Of a DNA stretch of 64,000 bases, positions 11,453 to 22,402 are shown piece after piece. Source of the DNA: an uncultured Actinomycetota bacterium. Lineage in GTDB: Bacteria; Actinomycetota; Actinomycetes; Propionibacteriales; Nocardioidaceae. The stretch is from the NCBI GenBank assembly GCA_963763805.1, contig CAVXPQ010000001.1:30911-94910 (forward strand), given 5' to 3'. The notes below the pieces were generated by a model, which was not told where the DNA came from, ran no database searches, and worked only from the letters and a program-made list of their open reading frames with translations. A program made the position numbers and the translations under genes. Each line of letters opens with the position of its first letter. The first letter of the stretch is position 1.

Positions 11453-11669
11453 TGCTCGTAGTGACCTTTTGGATCGGGCAGGTCCGCAGTCCGAAGAGTG
11501 AGTAGAGCGGGCACGAGCCCAAGGCGGCGGTTCCCGCCATCACGGCCGCGAGTCCGTAAAGGACGATGGCGAGCCAACCTGCGGGTCCGGCGAGTACACC
11601 CGCAATAACCAGCACAACGGCAGCGATTGCGCGAATCTTTCGATCAGCTGAGCCCATGTTCTTGTTCAT
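11427..11669 (-). CDS. DUF2892/YgaP-like membrane protein
   Basis: MNKNMGSADRKIR...two TM segments...GSCPLYSLFGLRTC; AGGAG RBS. Confidence 0.85.
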   Translation of the reverse strand: MNKNMGSADRKIRAIAAVVLVIAGVLAGPAGWLAIVLYGLAAVMAGTAALGSCPLYSLFGLRTCPIQKVTTSNAETTLSR

Positions 11670-11700
11670 GACGTTCTCCTTTGGATTTGGTTACGTGTCA

Positions 11701-11728
11701 TAGACGGCACGAGCGCCAGAATGGATAC
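11701..11728 (-). promoter_or_regulatory. Candidate ECF-type promoter
   Basis: Minus strand GTATCC-N16-CGTCTA upstream of the DUF2892-sigma pair. Confidence 0.35.
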
Positions 11729-11881
11729 CGCCTCAGGGTGTGACTCGCGCCACATGGCTGTCGTCGGGGCCCGACCCGGAGCCCGGACGTGACGCGGTCG
11801 CACCGCGCTGCAGATCGGGGCGGTGTGACCTCCGATACCAGGTGTGGCCCGGGGACCAAGCGGTCCCGATGGTGTCCGGTC

Positions 11882-12043
11882 TCAGCGCCCGAGAAGCTTG
11901 GAGAAGAAGCCAGTGCGCGGTTCCTTCGGGTGGCCGGGGCAGCGCTGGGACTTGGGGACGCCGGCCAGGACCTGTTCGACGTGTTGGCCGCAGCCGGCCC
12001 AGCCGGTCTTGCCGCACTGTCGGCACGTCTTTGCTCTGCACAT
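11882..12043 (-). CDS. 53-aa Cys-rich small protein (below ORF-track cut-off)
   Basis: AGAAGGAG RBS; MCRAKTCRQCGKTGWAGCGQHVEQVLAGVPKSQRCPGHPKEPRTGFFSKLLGR; high GC3. Confidence 0.8.
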   Translation of the reverse strand: MCRAKTCRQCGKTGWAGCGQHVEQVLAGVPKSQRCPGHPKEPRTGFFSKLLGR

Positions 12044-12076
12044 GGTGGATCTCCTTCTGGGTTGAATCTACTTGGG

Positions 12077-12892
12077 TCAAACGAGGGCGGGTAAAGCCTG
12101 GGAGGCGGTGTAGACCGCGACCCCAAGCACCAGGGCGGTGAACGCCCCCGAGAGTCGGTGGGTGTCGATGTGAAGGGCCAGTCGCGCACCGACGTACCCC
12201 GCGATGGCGGACGCGACCGTCAGCAGAAGCACCAGATCCCAATCGGGGTGCGCGGCGGTGCCAGCACGGACCGTGAGAGCTACCGCGCTCGTCATGGTGA
12301 TGACCAACAACGACGTGCCCGCGGCGTACCGCATGGGGACTCCGAGAGCGAGCACCAGCGCGGGTACGACGAGGAAACCGCCGCCCACGCCCAGGAAGCC
12401 GGTCAGCAGTCCGACCACCGTCGCGGTGACCAGCACCTTGAGGGCGCGGGGGCACTGACAGGCGAAGGTGGGGCTGAAGGTGATGATGGGATCGTCGAGG
12501 GTTGGCTGCGGTTCATCCGTGCCGCGCCCGCGGATCTGCCTGAACGCCATCAGTCCACCCACGATCAGCATCAGCACCGAGAACGCGGCCAGGAGGACTG
12601 CTTCGTCGACATGCGCGGACGCTTTGGCGCCCACCACGGCGCCTACGATCGCGACCGCGCCGAAGACGATGCCCCGACTCGGGAGGACGTTGCCGGCTCG
12701 CCAAGCGGTCAGTACGCCGATGAGGGACGTCACCCCGACCACCACCAGCGAGCCGGTGGTGGCCTGGATCGGTGTCTGGTCGAGCCCGTAGATCAGGACA
12801 GGGACCGCCAGGATCGAGCCCCCACCGCCCAAGGCGCCCAGGCTGAGGCCGATGATCGCCCCGCCGAGGACGGCGACAAGTGCCGCGGTCAC
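12077..12892 (-). CDS. Sulfite exporter TauE/SafE family
   Basis: LGGGGSILAVP and FLGVGGGFLVVP repeats; multiple TM segments. Confidence 0.9.
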   Translation of the reverse strand: MTAALVAVLGGAIIGLSLGALGGGGSILAVPVLIYGLDQTPIQATTGSLVVVGVTSLIGVLTAWRAGNVLPSRGIVFGAVAIVGAVVGAKASAHVDEAVLLAAFSVLMLIVGGLMAFRQIRGRGTDEPQPTLDDPIITFSPTFACQCPRALKVLVTATVVGLLTGFLGVGGGFLVVPALVLALGVPMRYAAGTSLLVITMTSAVALTVRAGTAAHPDWDLVLLLTVASAIAGYVGARLALHIDTHRLSGAFTALVLGVAVYTASQALPALV

Positions 12893-14288
12893 GCCTGGCC
12901 GACCGCTAGGGGTTCGATCAGGGTGAGGTCCGTGCTGCGGGCATTGCTGAAGTCATCGTCGACCGCGACCAGACGTCGGCCGGCAGCATCCAGGAGAGAG
13001 GCCGCCACTGAGGCGCGATAGCCGGCGGCACAGTGCACCCAGACCTCACCGGGCGGGACCTCGGCCAACCGGCTCAGGCAACTCGTGAAGGGGGATGTTG
13101 ATCGACCCGTCGATCCAGCCCCTTCGGCGTACTCCTTGGTTCGTCGTACGTCGAGCAGGACGACCTCGCGGTGGTGCAGCACTTGGGCCAGGTCGGCGAA
13201 GGTCGCGGTGGGGAAGCTGGCCAAGTCACCGTCGGTCCAGTCCTCGGGCTTGCCGGTGGCGTGCGCCGCGGGGCGGTCGATGCCGATCCGGACCAGCTCT
13301 CGCTGAGCCGCGGCGACGTCGTCGGCGGTCTCGCCGAGCAGAGTGATCGGCGTACCCCACGGGATCAGCCAGCCGAGGTACGTCGCGAACTGGCCGTCGA
13401 TGCCGAAGTTGAGGGTGCCAGGGGCGTGACCGGCGGCGAATGCGGTGCGGTTTCGCAGGTCGACCACCCATTCGCCGGCCTCGATCCGCTGACGCAGTTC
13501 GGCCGGGTCGGCGAGGGCGGGCCGACTGAGGTCCGGGGCGCCCGGTCCGGCCGCGTTGCCGGGGCCCATGTGCGCGTAGTACGCCGGCCAGGCATCGAGC
13601 CCGGCCAGCAGCTCGTCGACCCAGTCCGCCTCGTCGAGCGTCAGGACCGGGTTGGACAGCTTCTCCTGACCGATCGTCGAGGAGGTGGCCTCGGACTGGG
13701 TGGCCGAGCAGAACGAGCCGAACCCGTGCGTCGGGAACACCTCGGCAGTGTTGGGCAGGAGGTCGGCCAGCCGGTGGGCGGACGCGTGCTGGTGGCGGAC
13801 CAGATCATGGGTGTGCGTCGGGGCCGAGCAGGTCTGGCCGTCCGGTGGCGCCGTACAACAGCGAGCCGCCCGAGAACACCCCGACCGACCCGTTCAGGTC
13901 ATCGTCGGCATCGGTGAGCGCGAAGGACAGGTGGGTGAACGTGTGGCCAGGAGTCGCGAGAGCGGTGACCCGCATCCGTGGACCGACGGCGATGGTCTCT
14001 CCGTCGGAGATCGGGTGCGCGATCGAAGGCGACCGGGATCGGCGGCATTCACGTGGTACGCCGCGCCGGTGAGCTGCGCAAGCGCGAGTCCGCCGGTGAG
14101 GTAGTCGTTGTGGATGTGGGTCTCGAACACGTCGGTCAACTGCACGGCGTGCTCTTCGAGCAACGTCGAGCACCCGGTCGATGTCGCGCTGGGGGTCCAC
14201 CACGAAGGCGACCGAGCCGTCGTGCACCAGGTAGCTGCGGTCGCCCGAGGCTCGGGGTGTCCAGGGACAGGATGGTGAAGGCGCTCAT
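12889..14288 (-). CDS. MBL-fold persulfide dioxygenase-rhodanese fusion (CstB-like; multiple frameshifts)
   Basis: LGDRSYLV, VVDPQRD, ETHIHNDY, TPGHT, GRPDL, PTHGFGSFC; C-terminal rhodanese VHCAAGYRAS. Confidence 0.85.
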
Positions 14289-14608
14289 GCTCGGCCAGCC
14301 GTCAGTCCGGTGAAGACGGCTCGTCCGGAACGTATCCAGGCCGACGTGCCTCCGACGACGTTGGCCGCGTCGTAGCCTGCGGCGACGAGCGAGTCGGTCA
14401 TGGCTCCACTTCGGTTGCCGGTGGCGCAGATGACGTGGATGGTCTGGGACTTGTCGAGCTCGGCTAGTCGGGCCGGCAGTTGTCCCATCGGGATCAGGAG
14501 AGCGCCGGGCACATGTCCCTGGGCGAACTCCATCGGTTCACGGACGTCCACCACGATGGCGTCATGTTTCAGCGCGGCTTCCAGCTGTGTCACGGTGATC
14601 TGTCGCAT
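14285..14608 (-). CDS. Single-domain rhodanese
   Basis: VDVREPMEFAQGHVPGA, VICATGNRS, GGTSAW. Confidence 0.9.
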   Translation of the reverse strand: MRQITVTQLEAALKHDAIVVDVREPMEFAQGHVPGALLIPMGQLPARLAELDKSQTIHVICATGNRSGAMTDSLVAAGYDAANVVGGTSAWIRSGRAVFTGLTAGRA

Positions 14609-14628
14609 GCTTCCTCACTCATTCGCGT

Positions 14629-14677
14629 ATACCCCAGGGGGTATGTACGATGGAAACACTAACACCCCTAGGGGTAT
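14629..14677. promoter_or_regulatory. Tandem CsoR/CstR-type operators in a divergent promoter region
   Basis: ATACCCCAGGGGGTAT (14629-14644) and ACACCCCTAGGGGTAT (14662-14677). Confidence 0.75.
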
Positions 14678-14708
14678 TGTCAAAAGCCACCATGAGAGAG
14701 GCGCGAAC

Positions 14709-15402
<694 letters not shown>

Positions 15403-15403
15403 C

Positions 15404-15494
15404 CTTGCACAAGATGGGACCAAACAGCTCTCAATCTTGTGGCGTCGCGCTCAGCCCTACGGCAGGTGTTGGCTTTGGTCCCACGTTGTGCAAG
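15404..15494. repeat. ~91-bp inverted-repeat element (REP/MITE-like), copy 1
   Basis: Arms CTTGCACAAGATGGGACCAAA and TTTGGTCCCACGTTGTGCAAG pair at 19/21 positions. Confidence 0.75.
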
Positions 15495-15615
15495 CAACCG
15501 GCCGGCTCAACCAGGTCCGGTAGCTCCACCATCCGCTGCTTCAGGAATTTCGTCCTGGGACGTCTGTGGGTCGCAGAGTGCCGGTCGCTACGGCTTCACT
15601 CGCGCTAACGTCGAA

Positions 15616-15631
15616 ATACCCTGTGGGGTAT
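15616..15631. promoter_or_regulatory. CsoR-type operator upstream of sqr
   Basis: ATACCCTGTGGGGTAT, same pattern as 14629-14644. Confidence 0.7.
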
Positions 15632-15734
15632 GCCTAGAGTCCCGCTTCGATCGGGACGTCTGGCTCTGATCAGCAAACACGGCAACTCCTAGCGTGGAGG
15701 TGGGACAGAAACCTGTTCCGCTGAGTCGAGGGAG

Positions 15735-17001
15735 ATGACTGTGAAGCGGCGACTGCTGGTTCTCGGTGCAGGTACTGCGGGCACGATGATCGTGAACAAG
15801 TTGCGGCGGAAGCTCGAGCGAGACCGAGTGGGAGATCACCGTCGTTGATCGAGACGATGAGCATCCCTACCAGCCGGGCTATCTCTTCCTTCCCTTCGGG
15901 ACCTACGAGTCCGAATCAGATCCACCGCTCGAGGCGGTCGTTGTTGCCGAAGGACGTCGAATTCGTCATCGGTGAGGTTGACCGGGTAGACGGGACGACC
16001 AATACCGTCGCCCTGATCGACGGACGGACCCTGACCTACGACTTCCTGGTCATTGCTTCCGGCACATCGCCGCGACCCGATCAGACCCCCGGCATGCTCG
16101 GGGACCGAGTGGCGTCGCAGCATCTTCGACTTCTACAGTTTCGAGGGCGCGCAGGCACTCGCCGAAGCCCTTCCGAAGTTCGACCACGGACGCCTCGTCG
16201 TACACATCACCGACATGCCTATCAAGTGCCCCGTCGCACCCTTGGAGTTCACGTTCCTCGCCGAGGCGTGGCTTCGGGAGAGGGGCCTCCGGGACCGCGT
16301 CGAACTCGTCTACGTCACCCCGATGCCCGGTGCATTCACCAAGCCGGTCGCGTCCGAACACCTTGGGTCGATGCTCGAGGACCGCAAGATTCTCGTCGAG
16401 TCCGACTTCCTCGTCGAACACATCGATGTCGAGACCAAGACCCTCGTCTCGTACGACGAGCGCGAGGTGCCTTTCGATCTGCTCGTCACGGTGCCGCTCA
16501 ATATGGGTGCGGACTTCGTGGAACGCTCGGGACTTGGCGATGAACTGAACTACGTCCCCGTCGACAAGCACACCCTTCAGTCCAAGGCGTTCGCGCAACA
16601 TCTTCGCCGTGGGTGACTCCTCCGACATTCCCACCTCCAAGGCGGGCTCGGTGGCGCACTTCTCGGTCGAGATCTTCGTCGACAACTTCCTTCAACTCAT
16701 CGACGGCTCGGCGATGACCGGGGCGTTCGACGGCCACGCCAATTGCTTCATCGAGTCTGGCGACGGCAAAGGACTGCTCATCGACTTCAACTACGACACT
16801 GAACCGCTGACCGGCACCTACCCGCTGCCGATCGCGGGTCCGATGGCGCTTCTCAAGGAGACCCGGCGCAACCATCTCGGCAAGCTCGCCTTCCGCTGGA
16901 TCTATTGGAACGTGTTGCTTCCGGGCCGGCCCCTGCCGCTCCCGGCCCACATGTCGATGGTCGGCAAGACCGCCGCCACGACCAACCAGAAGGAGAAATA
17001 G
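15735..17001 (+). CDS. sqr: Sulfide:quinone oxidoreductase-like flavoprotein (multiple frameshifts)
   Basis: LVLGAGTAGT, YQPG, IKCPVAPLEF, GDSSDIPTSKAGSVAH, FDGHANCFIESG. Confidence 0.8.
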
Positions 17002-17003
17002 CG

Positions 17004-17318
17004 ATGCCTGTCACGACACTCGCCGGACGCCCGATCCAAGTCAACGACGAGGGCTTCCTCACCGATCCGACCGAATGGGACGAGGACCTTGGCGCGGTTC
17101 TCGCGGATGCCATCGGTATCACACTGACCGAAGACCACTGGAAGGCCATTCGGTTCTTGCGTGAGGACTTCGCGGAGAAGGGGGAGACGGCCACCCTGCG
17201 CCGGGTCTCGACCCAAGGCGGCATCCCCGTCAAGCAACTCTTCACGCTCTTCCCACAGAAGCCCGCCAAGAAGATGGCGTACGTCGCCGGCCTACCCAAG
17301 CCGCACGGCTGCGTCTGA
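17004..17318 (+). CDS. TusE/DsrC-family sulfur relay protein
   Basis: DEGFLTDPTEW, LTEDHWKAIRFLR, C-terminal AGLPKPHGCV (single Cys). Confidence 0.9.
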   Translation: MPVTTLAGRPIQVNDEGFLTDPTEWDEDLGAVLADAIGITLTEDHWKAIRFLREDFAEKGETATLRRVSTQGGIPVKQLFTLFPQKPAKKMAYVAGLPKPHGCV

Positions 17319-17353
17319 CCACCTACCCAAATCAACGCCAGGAGAGAGTTGTC

Positions 17354-17866
17354 ATGACCACCACCACCGCACCAGCCATCGTGCCCAGCTTCGACACCGA
17401 GGAGCACGAAGGAAGAAAACTCGCCATCATCTGCTCCAAGGGCAGCCTCGACATGGCCTACCCGGGACTCATCCTCGCCAATGCGGCCCTCGGCGAGGGC
17501 ATTGAAACGCACCTGTTCTTCACCTTCTGGGGCTTCGAGATGATCAATAAGTCGACCATGGCGGACCTGAAGTTCACGATGCTCGGCAACACAGCCACCC
17601 ACATGCCACAGGGCCTCGGCGGGCTCCCCGGGATGACGGCCCTGGCGACGTCGAAGTTGAAGAAGTCCATCGCCGAACTCGACGTGCCAGAGGTCCCGGA
17701 GTTCTTGGAACAGATCGTCGCCTCGGGCGGTCACCTGTGGGCGTGCCGGATGTCGGCCGACATGAACCACCTCACGGAGAAGGACCTCTATGACGAGGTC
17801 GAGGGCATCATCAGCGCCAGCGACTTCATCGAGAAGACCGCCGGAGCCCAACTTCTCTTCATCTGA
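17354..17866 (+). CDS. DsrE/DsrF/DrsH-like (DsrE2) sulfurtransferase
   Basis: IICSKGSLDMAYP, LFFTFWG, ACRMSAD. Confidence 0.88.
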   Translation: MTTTTAPAIVPSFDTEEHEGRKLAIICSKGSLDMAYPGLILANAALGEGIETHLFFTFWGFEMINKSTMADLKFTMLGNTATHMPQGLGGLPGMTALATSKLKKSIAELDVPEVPEFLEQIVASGGHLWACRMSADMNHLTEKDLYDEVEGIISASDFIEKTAGAQLLFI

Positions 17867-18908
17867 CCGGACCGACGTCGGTCGGGAAGGGGTTGCGCTC
17901 TTGCGAATGCTCCAACTGGTGCCAGTACGGGTAGATCGGAGTGGTGGCGCTCGCTGTGTCCAACCGACTGATCTGTTCCGTTGTCAGGTTCCATCCGACC
18001 GTGCCGAGGTTCTCCCGCAGTTGTTGTTCGTTGCGTGCGCCGAAGATGACGCTGTCGACGGTGGGACGCTGGAGGACCCAGTTCAGCGCCACCTGAGCGA
18101 TTGTCTTCTCGGTCTCCTGGGCGAGTTCATCGAGTACGTCGACGGTGCGATAAAGCGTCTCCATGTCGCCGGACTGCTCCGTTTCGGACCTTCCGAGCAG
18201 GCGGCTGTTGGCGGGGGCGGGCTGGTCCCGCCGGATCTTGCCGGTGAGTCTGCTTTGGGCCAACGGGCTCCAGACGATGGTGCCGATGTTCTGGTCGATT
18301 GCCAACGGCATCAACTCCCACTCGAACTCGCGGGCCGCCAGCGAGTAGTAGGCCTGATGGACGATGTGGCGGGCCCATCCGTGGCGCTCCGAGACCGACA
18401 GCGACTTCATCAACTGCCAGCCTGAGAAGTTGGAGCAACCGATGTAACGCACCTTCCCGCTTCGCACGAACTCATCGAGTGTGCTGAGGACTTCTTCCTG
18501 GGGCGTGAGGGCGTCGTACTGATGGAGGTAGTAGACGTCGATGTAGTCCGTGCCGAGACGGCGAAGGCTGCCCTCTAGAGAGCGCAACAGATGGAAGCGT
18601 GAACTGCCGACGTCGTTCGGGTCGGAGGATCCGGATGGACGGCCTGTGGCTTTTGTGCCGATCAGGACCTGGTCGCGTCTGCCTGTTAGCGCCTTGCCGA
18701 GCACCTCCTCGGATCGTCCATCGGAATAGATGTCCGCGGTGTCGAAGAAGTTGACTCCGGAATCGAGAGCAATGTCGATCAGTCGAGTTGCTTCCTCGAC
18801 CTGGGTGTTGCCCCACGATGCGTCCCCGGCTCCTGCTGCGAACGTCGCGGTGCCGTAGGAAAGCACTGGCACCTTGAGGCCAGAGCCTCCCAGTTGGCGA
18901 TACTCCAT
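17859..18908 (-). CDS. Aldo/keto reductase
   Basis: FDTADIYSDG, SLRRLGTDYID, GKVRYIGCSN, WSPLA. Confidence 0.93.
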   Translation of the reverse strand: MEYRQLGGSGLKVPVLSYGTATFAAGAGDASWGNTQVEEATRLIDIALDSGVNFFDTADIYSDGRSEEVLGKALTGRRDQVLIGTKATGRPSGSSDPNDVGSSRFHLLRSLEGSLRRLGTDYIDVYYLHQYDALTPQEEVLSTLDEFVRSGKVRYIGCSNFSGWQLMKSLSVSERHGWARHIVHQAYYSLAAREFEWELMPLAIDQNIGTIVWSPLAQSRLTGKIRRDQPAPANSRLLGRSETEQSGDMETLYRTVDVLDELAQETEKTIAQVALNWVLQRPTVDSVIFGARNEQQLRENLGTVGWNLTTEQISRLDTASATTPIYPYWHQLEHSQERNPFPTDVGPVR

Positions 18909-19080
18909 AGCGGTCCTAACGCTGCGATTCCGTGTTGCACCGTGTCATACGAGCTACAGAGGCACAAGGCCCATCGCCAGAAGTGGGCAGTTGGTCCAGC
19001 CGGGGGAGCCTCGTCCGGCTCAACCTGACCATTGACGGGGTGTTACGCGTGCGGTCTGGTCGCTGACTAGACTGCCGACC

Positions 19081-19341
19081 ATGCTCATCCTTGGAATCAT
19101 CCTGTTCGGCATGCTCATCGGTGCCGCCGCACAATTCATCCTCGGCAGGTCAGCAGCGGGGGTGGACTGGGGCCTGGCGCTGAGCGCCGGCCTGATCGGT
19201 TCGTTCATCGGCGGTCTGTTGATCAGTGCGATCTCGGGCGATGGCCTCGACCTGCGTCCGAGCGGGATCATCGGCTCCATCGCGGGGGCGCTCATCGTGA
19301 CCGGCGCATGGCGTTGGTACCGCACCAAGAACCCCGCCTGA
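19081..19341 (+). CDS. GlsB/YeaQ/YmgE family small membrane protein
   Basis: Three Gly-rich TM helices, GLIGSFIGG, IIGSIAGA. Confidence 0.75.
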   Translation: MLILGIILFGMLIGAAAQFILGRSAAGVDWGLALSAGLIGSFIGGLLISAISGDGLDLRPSGIIGSIAGALIVTGAWRWYRTKNPA

Positions 19342-19360
19342 CGACGCATTCTCGATCCGC

Positions 19361-19391
19361 TTGACTTTGAGCGCACTCGAAGGCGGAGACT
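19361..19391 (+). promoter_or_regulatory. MerR-type promoter/operator of the merR gene
   Basis: TTGACT-19 nt-GAGACT containing the dyad CTTTGAGCGCACTCGAAG; ATG follows after 6 nt. Confidence 0.7.
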
Positions 19392-19397
19392 GGTGCG

Positions 19398-19807
19398 ATG
19401 AGCACTGTCCTCACGCACGACCAGGGTCTGACGATCGCAGAGGTTGCCGAGCAGACCGGCCTGTACTGCGCACGCTCTGCGGTACTACGAGCGAGATGGT
19501 CTGTTGCTGCAAGCCGTCGACCGCGCGGCCTCTGGTCATCGACGATATTCGGCCGACGATGTCCGTTGGATCACGCTCATCACGAAGCTCCGGCTCACCG
19601 GCATGCCGATCCGCGAGGTCAAGAAGTACGCCGACCTGGTGAGGCTCGGAGAGGGGACCGAGCGCGAGCGACTCGACCTGCTGACCGCGCATCGCGCAAG
19701 CGTCGAGCGCCAGTTGGTTGAAGTCGACCTCTCACCTGCGCGCCATCGATCACAAGATCGGGATCTACGAAGGCAAGCTCGAGGCGCCGGTCGAACAAGC
19801 GAGTTGA
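19398..19807 (+). CDS. MerR-family regulator (NmlR/AdhR-like; two frameshifts)
   Basis: LTIAEVAEQTG...HALRYYERDGLL...GHRRY...GMPIREVK...KIGIYE. Confidence 0.85.
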
Positions 19808-19834
19808 CTTGGAGTGCACTCGAAGTAGTTGACT
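19804..19834 (+). promoter_or_regulatory. MerR-type promoter/operator of the aldo-keto reductase
   Basis: TTGACT-19 nt-TTGACT with the dyad CTTGGAGTGCACTCGAAG; ATG follows after 6 nt. Confidence 0.7.
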
Positions 19835-19840
19835 CTAGAT

Positions 19841-20839
19841 ATGGCAATCACAGAACGCACTCTTGGCACAACCTCACCACTGGCTGTTTCCTCGATGGGC
19901 CTCGGCTGCATGGGCATGTCGGAGTTCTACGGAGCACCGGACGAGGCCTCCGGTCTCGCGACCATCCATCGGGCACTCGACCTCGGCGTGACCTTCCTCG
20001 ACACCGCTGACATGTACGGCCCCTTCACCAACGAGCGGTTGGTCGGCAAGGCCATCGCCGGTCGCCGCGACGAGGTCCAACTCGCGACCAAGTTCGGCAA
20101 CGAGCGACTTCCCGACGGCACATGCGTCGGCATCAACGGATCACCGGAGTACGTCCGAGCGGCCTGCGACGCCTCGCTGCAGCGACTGGGCGTCGATCAC
20201 ATCGACCTCTACTACCAACACCGCGTCGACCAGTCGGTTCCGATCGAGGAGACCGTCGGCGCCATGGCCGAACTCGTCGCTGCCGGCAAGGTCAGGCATC
20301 TCGGCCTCTCCGAGGCCAGCGTCGCGACCATCCGCAAGGCACACGCGACGCACCCGATCACCGCCCTCCAGACGGAGTACTCCCTCTTCACCAGGGACCT
20401 CGAGGACGAGATCCTGCCGACCCTTCGCGAGCTCGGCATCGGGCTGGTTCCGTATTCACCTCTCGGGCGGGGTCTGCTTACTGGTGCCATCACGGCTGAG
20501 GGAGTGGGCGAGGGCGACGCACGTTCCTTGGCGTACTTCCCGAGGTTCCAGGGCGAGGCCCTCGAAGCGAATCTCGCCCTGGTGGCAAAAATCCGGGAGA
20601 TCGCCCATGCCTTGGCGTGCACGCCGGGGCAACTCGCCCTGGCGTGGGTGATGGCGCAGGGCGACGATGTCGTGCCGATCCCGGGAACGAAGCGAGTGAA
20701 GTACCTCGAGGAGAATGCTGGCGCCGCCGGTCTGTCACTGTCGGCGGACGATCTGTCTGCCTTGGACCAGGCGATCCCGCGGGATGCCGTGGTCGGCGAC
20801 CGGTATGGCGACATGTCGAACATCGATCAGTCGGTCTAG
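19841..20839 (+). CDS. Aldo/keto reductase
   Basis: [31 protein letters not shown]. Confidence 0.93.
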   Translation: MAITERTLGTTSPLAVSSMGLGCMGMSEFYGAPDEASGLATIHRALDLGVTFLDTADMYGPFTNERLVGKAIAGRRDEVQLATKFGNERLPDGTCVGINGSPEYVRAACDASLQRLGVDHIDLYYQHRVDQSVPIEETVGAMAELVAAGKVRHLGLSEASVATIRKAHATHPITALQTEYSLFTRDLEDEILPTLRELGIGLVPYSPLGRGLLTGAITAEGVGEGDARSLAYFPRFQGEALEANLALVAKIREIAHALACTPGQLALAWVMAQGDDVVPIPGTKRVKYLEENAGAAGLSLSADDLSALDQAIPRDAVVGDRYGDMSNIDQSV

Positions 20840-20940
20840 GCGGACGGTGTGGAAGTCAGCGCGGAAGTCGGCTACCGATCAGCCGTGTCTGATCGGTAGA
20901 GAATAGAGTCCGAAAAGACACACACGACAAAGGAGTCAGC

Positions 20941-22398
20941 ATGAGCACCCTGGATCACCTCGTCGCCCCCGACCGCCGTGGGCTTTACATCGGCGGAGCC
21001 TGGCGCCCGGCCGCCGACGGCGCCACGTTCGAGGTGCTGGACCCGGCGGATGAGTCCGTGCTTGCGGAGGTGGCGGACGGCTCCGGCGTAGACGCCTTGG
21101 CTGCGCTCGATGCCGCCTGCGCCGCTCAGGAAGCGTGGGCCGCGACACCGCCTCGGGAGCGCGGCGAGGTGCTGCGCCGTACCTTCGAGGCGATCATGGA
21201 TCAGATCGACGCCATGGCCGAGGTGATCAGTCTCGAGATGGGCAAGCCGGTCGCCGAGGCCAAGGGCGAGATCATGTACGGCGCCGAGTTCTTCAGGTGG
21301 TTCGCCGAAGAGGCCCCGCGGATCCAGGGTTCCTGGCTGCAGGCGCCCGGTGGAGGCAGCCGTTTCCTCACCATCAAGAAGCCAGTCGGGCCGTGTCTGT
21401 TGATCACGCCGTGGAACTTCCCGTTGGCGATGGCGACCCGCAAGATCGGTCCGGCGATCGCCTCGGGGTGCACGGCCGTCCTCAAACCCGCCGAGGCGAC
21501 ACCGCTCACGACACTTGCGGTCGCCCACATGCTCCATGAGGCCGGACTGCCCGCCGGCGTCCTCAACGTCGTCACATCGTTGAAGTCAGCCGAGATCTCA
21601 TCGACCCTGATGGCCGACCCGCGGCTGCGGAAGGTGAGCTTCACCGGCTCGACCCGGGTCGGCAAGATCCTGGTGAAGCAGTCCTCCGACCAGCTTCAAC
21701 GCCTGAGCATGGAACTGGGCGGCAACGCGCCTTTCATCGTCTTCGACGACGCCGATCTCGACGCGGCAGTCGAAGGCGCGATGATCGCCAAGATGCGCAA
21801 CATGGGGGAGGCCTGCGTCGCGGCGAACCGCTTCTTCGTGCACGAGTCGGTGGCCGCCGAGTTCTCCGACAGGCTCGGTGCTCGCATGGGTGCACTGGTG
21901 GTCGGGCGTGGCCAGGATGCCGGCGTGCAGGTCGGTCCACTCATCACGCCCACGGCTGTGGAGAACATCGGTGTGCTCGTCGCCGAAGCCGTCGACGCTG
22001 GGGCACGGGTAGTCACGGGTGGCGGCGCCGTCGACGGCCCGGGTTACTTCTTCCGCCCAACGGTGCTCGCCGATGTTCCGGCGGACTCGCGGATCGTCAA
22101 TTCCGAGATCTTCGGACCGGTTGCGGCGATCGCCACCTTCACGGACGAGGCCGAGGTGGTCGCGCGGGCCAACGACACGGAGTACGGCCTAGCCGCCTAC
22201 GTCTATACCAACGATCTGACGCGCACCATTCGGATGGCCGAGTCGATCTCCTCCGGCATGATCGGCTTCAATACTGGCTTGATGTCCAACGCGGCCGCGC
22301 CGTTCGGTGGGGTCAAGCAGAGTGGCTTCGGTCGGGAAGGCAGCTTCGAGGGTATCGACGAGTACCTCGACACGACGTACGTCAACCTGCCGGTCTGA
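20941..22398 (+). CDS. gabD: NAD(P)-dependent succinate-semialdehyde dehydrogenase
   Basis: ITPWNFPLAMATRKIGPA, FTGSTRVG, MELGGNAPF, KMRNMGEACVAAN. Confidence 0.85.
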   Translation: MSTLDHLVAPDRRGLYIGGAWRPAADGATFEVLDPADESVLAEVADGSGVDALAALDAACAAQEAWAATPPRERGEVLRRTFEAIMDQIDAMAEVISLEMGKPVAEAKGEIMYGAEFFRWFAEEAPRIQGSWLQAPGGGSRFLTIKKPVGPCLLITPWNFPLAMATRKIGPAIASGCTAVLKPAEATPLTTLAVAHMLHEAGLPAGVLNVVTSLKSAEISSTLMADPRLRKVSFTGSTRVGKILVKQSSDQLQRLSMELGGNAPFIVFDDADLDAAVEGAMIAKMRNMGEACVAANRFFVHESVAAEFSDRLGARMGALVVGRGQDAGVQVGPLITPTAVENIGVLVAEAVDAGARVVTGGGAVDGPGYFFRPTVLADVPADSRIVNSEIFGPVAAIATFTDEAEVVARANDTEYGLAAYVYTNDLTRTIRMAESISSGMIGFNTGLMSNAAAPFGGVKQSGFGREGSFEGIDEYLDTTYVNLPV

Positions 22399-22402
22399 CG
22401 CA

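Noticed and set aside
17004-17866. Dissimilatory (Dsr) sulfur metabolism
   Set aside because: The DsrC-like protein has only the terminal Cys (TusE-type) and no dsrAB/MK is present
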